Source: Candidatus Omnitrophota bacterium
GTDB lineage: Bacteria > Omnitrophota > Gorgyraeia > Gygaellales > Profunditerraquicolaceae
DNA: 36,146 nucleotides
Direction of reading: 5' to 3'
Assembly (NCBI GenBank): GCA_029563245.1
Contig: JAKQSG010000094.1
Coordinates: 1 to 36,146 of the forward strand
Shown: positions 17,001 through 25,600 of the stretch, one piece after another
Layout of the letters: the number at the start of each line of letters is the position of its first letter
How positions within the stretch are numbered: position 1 is the stretch's first letter
Translations under genes and position numbers: made by a program
The notes under the pieces: model-generated
Told to the model about the DNA's origin: nothing
Seen by the model: the letters and a program-made list of their open reading frames with translations, nothing else
The model's database searches: none

Positions 17001-19622
17001 CAAACTTGCCGGGCTATCCTGAATTTTCCTGGCAAGCTCAAAGAAACCAAAATTAATGATGTTCTTTGCCCTGTCTAACCCCCGGCGCTCCAGATCTCTC
17101 GCATACCAATCCCCCCAATTCTTAATCTTGCTTTTCTCTTCGGGTGAAAGACTGTTATAGGCATCCACTTCTCGCCTTACCGCCTCGGCCTCGCTCTTAA
17201 GGTTAGAATGTTTTTTCGCCTCGTGGCGGATATACATATATATCAACCCTAAAGGCGCCGGATGCTTCGGATTAAATAATATATTGGAGAGGTAAGTCTC
17301 TTTCCCGCGGTAGCTGGTTGCCAAAGCATTGTTCAGGCGGGCAACCAAAAATTTAACCCCTTCCTGCTTTTGCCTGGCGATTTCTTCTTTTAAATAATCC
17401 GGGGTATTATCAATAATTAAATAATCCTTAAGTTCCTTTAAAACCTCTATAATTTCCGGATTTACCGCTCCCTTTTTGCGTAAGAATGAGGCTGCCTGCA
17501 GATCAGAACTATCCCTAATTCGAGGTAAGGTAGAATCCCAAACGTACTCATCATTTAAAGGTGCATAATCAAAAACATAATTCCCTTTATCATCAACCGC
17601 TACCGGCCTATATACATTAAAGGAAGCTTCCTTCTTCTCAGAAGATTTGTTTAAAACAGATTGCCTAAAGGACAAGCTCTTTCCCCTGCCCTCAACCCTC
17701 GATAGCATTGATTCAGCAAGGTGGGTCGGAAAATCCCTCTTTTCATATTCATTTAGGCTTTGCGGCCTAAGGAAACGGTAGAATTTACCGGAAGAAAGCA
17801 GGAAGAAAGTGAAAATAGTGGTAAAAAATATTCCCTCCCAGCTAAATTCAGGATTTAAACCTGAGAAAAATGATAAAACCAGAGGGGCAAAGGCTAAACC
17901 ACTAAACCCGGGAATCAAATCAGTAGCCTTAAACTTAGTCAACTGCTCAATAGAAAGCTTTTTTACCTCATAGTATTGCGCCGGAGGGATACTATTGTCT
18001 TTCGACATCCAATCAATTAAACCTGCCCTTATATACCCTTCCCCATCTACGGGCCAAATGGGTAATCCCTGAAGGCTAATACCAGAAATATCAGTTTTCC
18101 CAAAAAGCCTTTTTAAATGCTCAAGCCTAAACTTCTCAAAAGCATGAATCCTGGCTGCCCAGTAAAATGGACCATTCCTTGAAAGTAAAAATTCCAACTG
18201 AGGCTTGCCTTTTTGCAAAGCTGCCCGCTTTAGATTATTTACCCACCTAACCGCTCCTTCTGCCTGACCAATCCTTTTAGCCTCAGCAATAATAAACTCT
18301 TCCACATCCCTCAATGTCCTTCGCGCATACCCCTTAATAGTATGCACACGGATATCATAGGCATACTGATCATCCTCTCCGGGAATAGGATAAAGTCTTG
18401 GATGTTGCCTTAAAAATAAACCATGGCTTTTAGCCCATTCTTTGATATCTTCACCTAAAATATTCCTGCCATTTAAGGGCTCATTTATCCCCAAGGCCTT
18501 CATAGCAACGCTAACAGGCAATGCCAGCCTTGCGCTATTAACCCAACATTCATTAAGGCTTCCCAAATAATTATGCCTGGCCAGGAAAGTTATCACCTCT
18601 GCATTCAATTTTATTACATCAAGTGAGGCATAGACGTTTTCGGGAGTGTGGCTACCTATCAACACCATCACCCCATTCAAGAAAACATCCTCAATCAGCT
18701 TATAAAAAACTGGGTAGAAATCTTCCAGGGGAGATAAAGAACGCACAAATTTAACATAATCCTTAGCCTTCTCCCGCATAAATACATAATCGTCTCCGGG
18801 AAGTTTTCCGTGCAGGAAATTTTTGAGCGGATCAAATCTTTCTTCTACTATTTTTATTAAATTACTGGTTTGTCTTAAGAACTGCGAAGTAAATATTTTT
18901 AATGGGTCATTTAACCGCAGGGAGGCAGCCTGAAGAGCAATACCAGCTTCTTCATCCTGCTGAGATTCATGAATCCAGACCTGCTCGATAACAAACTGGC
19001 TGGAGAATTTGGTAGGCAAAAGTATATCTTTAATTCTTTGTGCGTCTAAATTCCACTCAACCCTTCCTAAGCCATCTCTAAAAGCAACCACGCTTGAATA
19101 ATCAATATCCCCAAGTAACATCTGCTTATTTACCGGCGGGCCGTTAATCTTGCCCGAAGAAGCAATGTAATCCTCCAGCAACTCTAATGCCCCTGCCAGA
19201 TTAAGAAAACCTTTAGATACACTGGGTTCGCCTATAAATTTATCCGCTGCCATGCGCATTTCAGTGGAAGATATGGGATGAGAATATCCGGCTGACCTAG
19301 CCTGAGCAGGGGCAGAGACTAGAATAAATACCCCTATAGCAAATAATGCGGGGTATCCTCCCAATAAGAAGGGTAAAGCCATAAACCCTAAAGCAAAAAT
19401 CCGGCTTATCTTCAGGGTTAATTCTGTTGCCCTTATTCTATCTAATCCAAGGCTTGAAATCATTAATGAACGGAAGATCCTTCCCCCGTCAAGCGGGAAA
19501 ACCGGGAGAAGGTTGAATAACCCCAGCATAAGATTGGCATAAGAGATACTTACTAAAAGACCAAGCCAGCTGCCTAATCCAATATGCCATGCTGTAAAAG
19601 GAGCAATGAAAAACAGGGACAA
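8088..19622 (-). CDS. C-terminal 3,844 codons of a giant mosaic membrane protein: M50 C-terminal half, NagB/6PGL-like, PAS, JAMM/MPN, HEAT array, hydrolase-like domain, Pro/Asn-rich tail
   Basis: An uninterrupted 11.5-kb frame. Translated motifs: NLLPVFPLDGG (19483-19521), GVGADGHFGFNFPG (15661-15722), PAS-like IDSKGNIVWVNKAWEKLFGF, HEFGH (12954-12968), JAMM HYHPGYDLTPSFGD (11961-12002), many D..VR..A...L HEAT repeats, and DWHSWGT (8896-8928). The track start is a TTG with no SD, placed inside a transmembrane helix, so I do not think it is a real initiation site (see findings). Confidence 0.9.
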   Translation of the reverse strand: MSLFFIAPFTAWHIGLGSWLGLLVSISYANLMLGLFNLLPVFPLDGGRIFRSLMISSLGLDRIRATELTLKISRIFALGFMALPFLLGGYPALFAIGVFILVSAPAQARSAGYSHPISSTEMRMAADKFIGEPSVSKGFLNLAGALELLEDYIASSGKINGPPVNKQMLLGDIDYSSVVAFRDGLGRVEWNLDAQRIKDILLPTKFSSQFVIEQVWIHESQQDEEAGIALQAASLRLNDPLKIFTSQFLRQTSNLIKIVEERFDPLKNFLHGKLPGDDYVFMREKAKDYVKFVRSLSPLEDFYPVFYKLIEDVFLNGVMVLIGSHTPENVYASLDVIKLNAEVITFLARHNYLGSLNECWVNSARLALPVSVAMKALGINEPLNGRNILGEDIKEWAKSHGLFLRQHPRLYPIPGEDDQYAYDIRVHTIKGYARRTLRDVEEFIIAEAKRIGQAEGAVRWVNNLKRAALQKGKPQLEFLLSRNGPFYWAARIHAFEKFRLEHLKRLFGKTDISGISLQGLPIWPVDGEGYIRAGLIDWMSKDNSIPPAQYYEVKKLSIEQLTKFKATDLIPGFSGLAFAPLVLSFFSGLNPEFSWEGIFFTTIFTFFLLSSGKFYRFLRPQSLNEYEKRDFPTHLAESMLSRVEGRGKSLSFRQSVLNKSSEKKEASFNVYRPVAVDDKGNYVFDYAPLNDEYVWDSTLPRIRDSSDLQAASFLRKKGAVNPEIIEVLKELKDYLIIDNTPDYLKEEIARQKQEGVKFLVARLNNALATSYRGKETYLSNILFNPKHPAPLGLIYMYIRHEAKKHSNLKSEAEAVRREVDAYNSLSPEEKSKIKNWGDWYARDLERRGLDRAKNIINFGFFELARKIQDSPASLFLEDHFVIANYGEIHLKKRFDSEKRLHSIFAIVIFSACFIPVLLGYSHVAMAIAGFFSCALIYFIFCRYLGAINLKYFALDSSLADDYKKVVSGTPSEGQVYIKNLLRVINAYKYHPSWRHAQARVKIVMLHFLSQIVQLQNFGEKTELKLAPKGVLVRSPVRSNMASLMLIEHILASTEEAFSEPAWVSLVKVVAENKEQWLGSVLSVMSSAVRISYCADNLVKLLYKADNRQLDRYKIKDIAAFCNSLYELIILLAQEHKDFKCQAILCLCDLIQHGKGNETIFAVNLLRELKFHIVEASNFAMVSSDVVSGIIKDIIEKSGHANITFGAGSTITKPYQYGPRSIPSFAEHLALRKQDFNWDDKVRAWQLSEYAGLGPGHHFSQAYALRESLFSRIFNSIENNVSFIGDSPDPRGYVERQNKAGGIDLIISGVGADGHFGFNFPGTTADPSSAGRLVKVRLTPEVMSSSHESYPDIEKNPFAWTLGLADIIKPTAAKKPQVIVLVLGKKKAQMLRESLEEADSPLAKIIRELDTTIIVADEAVHNLIPDYLQRCSTAMRSIYGKEKDKYYNIDLAVHMIDSKGNIVWVNKAWEKLFGFSEEQVIGQPVWFFVNEENQILSEARVKDKLSKRLENLPDIPFVPFRRAAESTVKVDIREWQVVDAAGEVIGIISTLKLAGDGDGSLSSNTLAGKRLGEGHNQSGKILVSLLSLGGLVALITLFIIPNWSAIAALITQLEFSLSGFFAHPATAGPLGIILAFPLLFGIVSVVSERTVPGMLRKVRNIHHELLRIAYARVAGEDVRRKLSGIKIRLMHAGLIRTPEIIKFIEAGNEFAACSILSKLSSQLTEEAKAVLKKERAEAVARQAITEESNGRITILFRGKYETHTLYRWLRKLAAILNSLAIEERDLRKFRIRLRKTLEIGSKEKIESEIPDYVKYVKGAHLEDKQEVFRKLQTALGFLSFNRLNLALETLNAILPLIDLRLADIEGEDASLDNWRQQLRLKASMRLSRVQKRIGFVNNLAQGKVFDPSSLATMQDKLTRLLSWPFLSEPDFTGMRNEINRSLEFLPGLAIPKKVKKNSQGLLDKLAILRNMIEAAIEVNEFMIKHGSFINHSVDRQNAFNRAYQEWAASSNLVRGAPRYWKARLYQAVFISEKNSTLCFKALETILIAISLPEFRKLFHNLKSHNRRNILRVLLSYVYRKPPIINSRYIPLSERNDFLFKIIAAARIDYHLDGKAKNEDIAKLYHAFDLKPIALGNEGGLAILPPKALCNLWTLQMRFDNEGNFINFVTPERFIQDLCCIIENDLDIKVELNENGEYIFNPRSEKKIKLSDALTASIWNHEFGHFETEGDDIVINSDEAIANSRRGEEDFYLNTAAIIWYWFYFNREGREWRVQNIQGASIDLFIEELFIQSPALSFLSQNKKAIAEISRFATFINIKFHSFAIEVKSAGDLLTSPGYLKLKESFRSSQERSFGRAIFTDEVLAIENNFIPGVVSNEGLFCSKYTKAIADNLNRRNLFRTGDSIITFFQDSGVLDVPLSLEITGDYEGVLNVRGLGVFEIYPKERSFKEGVPLWNIVVVAKGKKLPLNQFIARHRIINPRLPWFYEISGRIVERESRKGAIRTTHLTGGHRILTLKEDRSVSTLGVYYPDLSHSQRVILSYHYHPGYDLTPSFGDLREFLKEKRCGARAEIIFALDRNLPGDNKARFYMLQEGVDISKAFLEISLVEGVILSKGKEDSEEERVRFTQEHFLTGDFILTRDGNIHCGYGSRALQPLGDKSLQEGHNKSGHSLVGALILGALAAFMVSVALIHWTTICAFIADVITVYPTSSLLGVIFLGYFKFGGRKGKVDAAFRGWFNGLRYWFSLFIIGISVFVNNGCISVDARRMEFYRSLKEVIAISNINEEGKEKGLEKYFLENCYLGDDIMLEPTEHLKMAGITQEDLYKCYQKLVRSRNFNVAFYAARCLAMLEDPAGSLVLGQGLKGGYNINDFFPRGTVSSGDDQNEIRNYVRMQAAFALARLEDPTAIGHLQYLLSKESNSISAVRVYAAYSLSIFDDLEALEILIKYSADPDRSVRLECLRGLLMFSDPRLFDIFVDALKDKKIDAVDIAISGLSVSGNKRAAVYLENIIQESKSANTRSKALAALYRFEGDRVLNLALAKVRDNAEEVRMTALSILSQLNGLDAREALISGLNDRSHLVRMTAALGFWGGKFDKTQAPDLIARLLKRERNSDVRLLYIGILGESNDNAAREALRNIIRGGNLREAQAAILSSAFNADDKMVHQLADLVSDSREEIRQVSVAALHTRIDDPVIFNKVFERMGDVSLRVASSAAVVLSTQINNHPELKSKLIGFMDRGDLETRLGILSGLSQAGSPIAVEFAKPYLNSQDLALKQMAVFSISQLVDHNTLPLLSPLASDIDPSVRLSAIRGLAMINSSETVPLLVKALKDEQFPVRQAAISGLAQRIHDSPHLTFTIRPFLRDDHWQVRQAAVEALGKSTHSNVPEILLPTIQDESVFVRQAAVANLARFDTPEVIKSMLPLLKDRDVFVRRDTIVALGSKVCAHLELAEPIKEAAKVDSDEIARRYANYALECGKNEGINHGPVKIRSMQILIPGFDDFYLFVTARNQEIDWSNKHPLKDMLERIGVTSRAFNWSGNIQDTFSARSRVLDFFLENVRDAARMRVDIDMDWHSWGTPIGTTIFSGSPKATEAFRLAREAGIKINISCLGSPDMLHRVSFLENKYKETVKIINLWSPADRLSFPSVPVNLGVKGNIGIPETSHNDWFDYSMGNRFIRMKFPDLDMPQIHRMIKQSNPIGWIYRPRVGSWPGMYNFNSVAPLGHFRQAGNINISPALSEMQRFRAPDNYYLHQGLLSSQAFRASMLPGAIFQNNFRPLPSGQLNFNVYNNNRIIMPPTIKFRAPSITVPKFAPITVPRSNFVNPGITPRIPTYIPPIRYTPPPMRNLN

Positions 19623-22600
19623 AACAATACTACACCCAGGGAAAGATTAAACAACGGACCGGCAAAGGCTATCCTTTTTTCTTGGCGCGGCGTAAAACCA
19701 CAACTCTCCAACGTAGCCACTCCTCCTAAAGCCGTAAGGAGAATCTGGGTAGCGCCAATTCCGTATTTCGCGGCCGACTTTATATGGGCAAATTCATGCA
19801 TAGTAACCAAGGTAAAAATAGAGAATAGAAAAGCTAAAGCAAGAAAACCGTTGCCTGCCGCTAATCCCAAGGCAAAAAAGAAGCTCCAATGTAATTTAAC
19901 CGGAACTTGGCTTATCTTAAAAAGTGTAAACCCTTCATTGAATTTGCTAAAGTATACCCCGGCATGCATCTTAACGGCATCCCCTTCATCTTGAACTCCT
20001 ACAAATTCGCCATTACCATTACGATACGAAAAATACCCAAACTCCCTTTCGCATCCGCTGATTAAATAATGATTAAATAAGACTCTCTTAAAAAAGCCAT
20101 TCTGAGTAGGGGTATGCCCGACAATAAACCAGCAGCTTTTGCTATCATAACCTAAAGCCTCCAGAAAACTGCTTAAGTCATCTTGGGAATAAGAAAATAC
20201 TTCTTCCCCTTCAAGAGAATATTCACAAAAACGCCCCATCAGCAGATTGACTAGCATAGAATTCTTTAAATTGGTAGTAGAGAGATTCCTGATCTTCTGA
20301 AGTTTAAATCTCCCCTTAACTGGCCCGGCATGGGCAGCGACCAGATTATCGGCAATGAGAAGAACCGGGCTTGCCTCTACAAACTTTCTATAAAGATCAA
20401 GGTACTTAGATCCAAAACGATCTTCCAGGGCCTTACGGTAAGGGATACTCTGATCAATAATAAACCCGCAAGGCCCGCTTTTGCTCCAATGATAATTAAT
20501 CAAATCGTGATTACCCAGAATATAATAAAAATTATCCGGATTACTTATCTTTAAATCCATAATACGGCGCATCAGTGCTATAGAGCTATCTGGGTTAGAA
20601 TACAAATCTACAACTAGACCTTCCAGATCTTGCCTTTTCACCCCAGTCTTGGCCCATTTAATGAAATCACCCATTTCTACCCTAACATCCGGAGTCGCAT
20701 GTATGGCATCGCCGAGAATAAATAAGGCTGCCTTTTTATTTCTTATCTTCTCTAAAACAGAGTCTTCCAGGATTTCTTTGCCTTCCACCGTAATTCTCCT
20801 ACGATGGTTCAATAGAGCGTCAAATTTATTGACCCTGCCGTGTAAATCTCCTATTATGATAATTTCAAAATCGCCGGGTGCCTTGCGTAAATCAACTACC
20901 GCCCTGTCCTGATACACGCCAAGCCTCACTGCCTTGATAAACTCGTTTAACCTTGGCAGCTCACTATCAGTTTGCAAGCTATACATGCAAAATACTGAAG
21001 ACCCGCTAACACCACCTTTTATATTTGAATCACTCCAGGTCTCTTTATCCTGATCCCAAACCCTTCCCTTGGAATAAATCTTTAGGCCAGCAAGTCCCTT
21101 GAAAGCATGATTCTTGAAAGGATGTGCGTTAGAAGTAACAAACCCTTTACCCTTGTCCATCGCACATATATAAAGATTATTATGATTTTTATTAAAGAAA
21201 ATAACGATCTTCCCTAAATCATCCCCGTGTCTCCCTACATTAATAGACAAGGCATTTATAAGTTCGCGCAGCCTTTCTAAATCTTTGCCTTCAATCAAGC
21301 CATCTAAAGCAAACACAGCCTCAGGCAAAATATACATTCCACCGCTAAAAATTAAATACCCGTCTTCTTTTAATCTCTCAACAAATGCCTCAGTCAAAAT
21401 CTTTTGTTTATCACTATTTAACCCATCCGCATTATTCCAAATACGCATAAGATTAAGGCAGTCCTGGATAAATATCTGACTCTCTACTCTACGCTTTTCT
21501 TCAGTTCTATTCCTTTTTAAATAGTTAAGCCAACCTAAATCCGGCCTTAAACCGATAGAATTATCTTCCAAGAATTTAATATGGCTGGACAACAGGTGAT
21601 TATCCCTAAGATACTCTAAAGTTCGCTCTCTGACCCTCTCTTCAGATAATCCCGGGTTAACCAAATGATAGAATTCATGGCCTGAGAATATCGCCCTTAA
21701 TTGTTCCGGAGGACCCCGCAAGGTATTAGGGTTAATGCGAAGGATACCATTTACCACCTCAGCCGGAAAAGGTAAAAGATAGTCGATAGCTATCTTATCC
21801 ATACCCAAAACTAAGCCTTCTCGCATAAGAGCGTTTATTCCTCCAAGATAATCAATTATATTCCCAAATTCCCCCTCAGAAGGATTACGCACCAATGAAT
21901 CAACCCCCGCAGGATTCATATGCGCAGGATAAGATTGATGGCTACTATCATTCTGAGAGTAAAGGTTGGCAATAATAATGATTGCCCAAACCGATAATTC
22001 AGGATATGAATAGAGCGCACGGAAGGTCTCGTCATTGGCAACAGCAACCGTAGCCTGAAAGATAGCCTCGTTGTTTTTTATACCTAAAAGGGCATTATTA
22101 TTTTTCTGACGATTTAAGAATAATATTAAATCCTCCACGGAAAGATTAAGTTCTGACCCTTTACGGTAAGGCCTATCTGCAAGCATAATCTCTGCTATAT
22201 CCGCCCAATAGATCAGTTCCCCTAAGAAACGTAACTTCGCATCCTTTATTGCCTGAGGATGATGATGATTTAAGACAAGCGACAGGACTTCTTCTGAAAC
22301 ATCTAACTGCAGCTCATTAATTATTTCTACGGAATAACCTGCATGGGCATTAATCAACTTACGCTGAGGATCATTTTCATCGCGCGAGATTTTCTTATCC
22401 GAAGAGATAAGCTCCCATATTTCACTGTTAAAAATCTTCCCCAGGTCATACAGGGTAAAGGCAATCGCAATTATATCGATATCTCTTCGGCTTAAATTAA
22501 GGATTTCAGCAATCTCTACGGCAATTATCCTCCCCCTATATATATGCCTTATCAGATGATCCAGGTCACCGGATAATCCCTTCATATCAAATACGCTACG

Positions 22601-25600
22601 GTAAAGACCAGCGATTCCTTTTATCTTCAGAATATCGCTATTCGTAATTACTCCATCCTCTTTAGGGCTTACGCCGATTAATTTTAGGGCCGCTGCGAAG
22701 GACCGATCCCCACCAGCCACGGAAGGTAGACCAATCGCTTGTTTATTCCGCAGCAGCCCGGTAAACGAAAACGCTTTCTTTAAGGCTAAAATAAAAGACC
22801 CCCGCTTTCTGCCGGGGCCTCTTTCTATTTTTACGTACCTCTTCCCCAAACTGACCCAACCGCCATCAAAATACCTCAAGAAGACTTCTAATTCCCATAG
22901 GCCGGGATTAGGAAGATAGATCTCATTGTTAAGATAATAATTGCCGTTAAAGAATATATTACCCCGGCAGAATAGCCTGGCCTGCAAAGGCACGCTGCCT
23001 CTTTGATCTCTTAGACGGTATAAAACCTTTGCCTCTATATTCCTTCCTGCCTCTCTATCTAGCCTGGAAACAGCCCTGATACGCTTTTCTGACCCGAAAC
23101 AATCAAGCATAAGCCTGGTATTCCAGGTGCGGTTCTTTAACCCAAGAGTTACCCTGGCTGCCTGTGTCAAACTTGTTTTATAGGTCTTACCCCGGGCAAG
23201 CGAAACTGAGTTAATACTAACAAAACTGGCCAAGTTGCCGGCAGTAGACAGGATTATTCTTTCTGTGGCTTTTCTTATCATGGACAAAAATAGTTCCCTT
23301 CTCCTCCCTGGCCTGCCGTGTAACTTATTCAGGTATATCCTTGAACGCAAAGCGCTTATCCCCATGCTAAAAGCACTGCTCCAGAAACTCATGGTTGATG
23401 TCTCCGGGGAATCAATCCAGAGGATAGGCATCTCTCTTAATCTATACCTTAATGCAGCAGCCCTGCCCAGCCATTCAACATCTCCGGCAAAACCGTAGAC
23501 GAAATCATGGTTAAAACTTACCTTAAGACATCCTGATTCATCGGCTGAAAGAATACCTATCGGAGAGATGCGTTTTATGACCTTTCTACGGAACGCCTTA
23601 AAAGAACGCTGATTATCGCGGATAAACCTCAAATCTTTATATAAAAACCTAACCCAGGCATTAAAACCTACCGTCCCCAAACGGCGGGTGAATTTACGAA
23701 GAGAGACTATCGCTCCGGGTTTACGTATAGAACCCCAAACAAGATCATCCCCCTTATTTACTATACCTTCTAATAATAGCCCGGTCAGCCCCAGGTGGGC
23801 CGAAGGGTCTCCATCGGTATACATTATGATATCCGCCCCCTGGTCTGCGGCTATCTGCATTCCGGCAGCCAGTGCGCCGTGCTTGACCGACCCCATGGCT
23901 ACCTTATCCTCCGCCGACAAGGAATAAAGGCAGATTTTATCCCGCAAATCAACATATTCGCTGCGGCTTAGAATCCCCCGCAATACATCCACTGTCTTCT
24001 GCTGCCCCTGCCCACTGTCATCTCCGTCGTTAACAAATATAAAACGGCCTTTTACCAGAGGGTTCACAGAGAGAAATTCCCTGAAAAACTGCTCTGTCTT
24101 TAACTTAAACCATCCCCTTCCCAGTGGAGGATCCGGGTATTTAGCCTGCCCCCTCCAAAGAGAAATGCATACGGCTATCTCTAAAGGATCGTGGATATTG
24201 AAGACTGTCAGATAAGAATCGATGAACATTCTCGCTTCAGGAAGGATTCCTTTGCTTGGATCAGATACTAATTCTTTAAGAAAAACAGCAATATCTTTAG
24301 CATCGTTACGGTTTAGGGAAATGGCTAATGCCTTACTCAACAAGGCGCATATTGCCTGGTCGGAAAGCACCGCCCTGATTTCAGGGTCGCGATAAGTATC
24401 GACTGCAAATAAATGCAAGAGATTAAGCTTGGCGTCTATTGTTTTACATTCAGAGAAAATAATACCTAAGCGGCTGGCTCTATCCTCTGATAAAAGAACG
24501 CGCCTTAGGCTTTCTCCCGTTAATAAATCAACAGCCTCTCCCCACCAGGGCTTATTAAAATCCTGCATCATCCTTGAAAATTCCAGCATTAAGGCCTCAA
24601 CCGCATCAGCCTTTTCGCTGGAGTTATTAAGAAGGTCTAGGCTCAGGATAAACCAACGGGCAGCATCCCATCCAAACGTACCTATTCCCAGCACATTGGG
24701 TATCGATTCTAATTCCTTTCTACTAAGTTTATTCTTGGTATAAAGCTGATAGCCTTTTAACATAGCGATAAGATTCTCTCGGCTGTATTTCCTACCAACA
24801 CCCTTTCCTCCGGCAAGCAGGGTATTCTTAAACTCCCCTATGCGGGGCTGGCTTGAGCGCGCTTTTTCCCAGTCAAAAAGCGCAATTACAGAATCACCAT
24901 CCCATTTTACATTGCCTAAACTTAAATCACCGTGCAGGATAGAAGAAGGCAGGGAATTATAAGATACATCCGACATCTCCTTAAGAAGATGCTGCATCTG
25001 CTCCTTGATAAACCTGGCAAAGTTTAGAAAGATAAGTTCTCCTTCTTCAAGAAAAGGATTATTCTGCAACTTCTTCTCCAAATTTTCAAAGTCAGAGAAA
25101 GCAGTGATAATATCCTGCGGAGATAATTCCGGCTTGCTGCCGCTAGCCCTGAAGCCCAAGAAAGCATTGTGCAAGAGCGCCGTTAACCTTCCAAGGCTAT
25201 AAAAGTGCTTTGGGGTAGCCTGACTAAAATTAAGTTCTATACCGGATGAAATGTAGTCTTCTAACGTATAATACCAGCTGCCTATCTTAGTAAAATATTC
25301 CCCGCCCCTATTTTTATAAACCAACGGCACAGGAATACCAAAAGATATAGCCCTTTGTATGACCGAAATCACAAATTCTGCTTTTCTACGGCTATCGGTA
25401 ATAAACTTTAAAACAAAGTCACCCTTAGGCGCATGGATTAAAACCGGCCTTCTATTCTCGATTCCGCCCCGTAGAAACTCGTATGTGACCTGCGAAACTT
25501 CACTGGCTCCTATATCGTATTCGGATAGCGCTATGGACAATTTCTCTTCAATATCAACCTGTTCCGTGCGTAGATCGTTTACTTTTGTAGAATGGCTGCG

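Noticed and set aside
19620-19622. TTG at 19620-19622 as a genuine independent start codon for the 3,844-aa ORF.
   Set aside because: There is no SD upstream. The codon lies in the middle of a hydrophobic helix. The encoded N-terminus is only the second half of an M50 active site. The track's M is simply the first permitted start codon after the frame opens.
19577-19646. Canonical programmed -1 ribosomal frameshift site (X XXY YYZ heptamer plus a downstream pseudoknot).
   Set aside because: The zero-frame context (TGT TTT TCA / TTG TTT TGT) is not a canonical heptamer, and I found no convincing stem-loop in the next ~60 nt. A simple homopolymer indel or slip is the more economical explanation. 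Recoding is kept only as a minor possibility.
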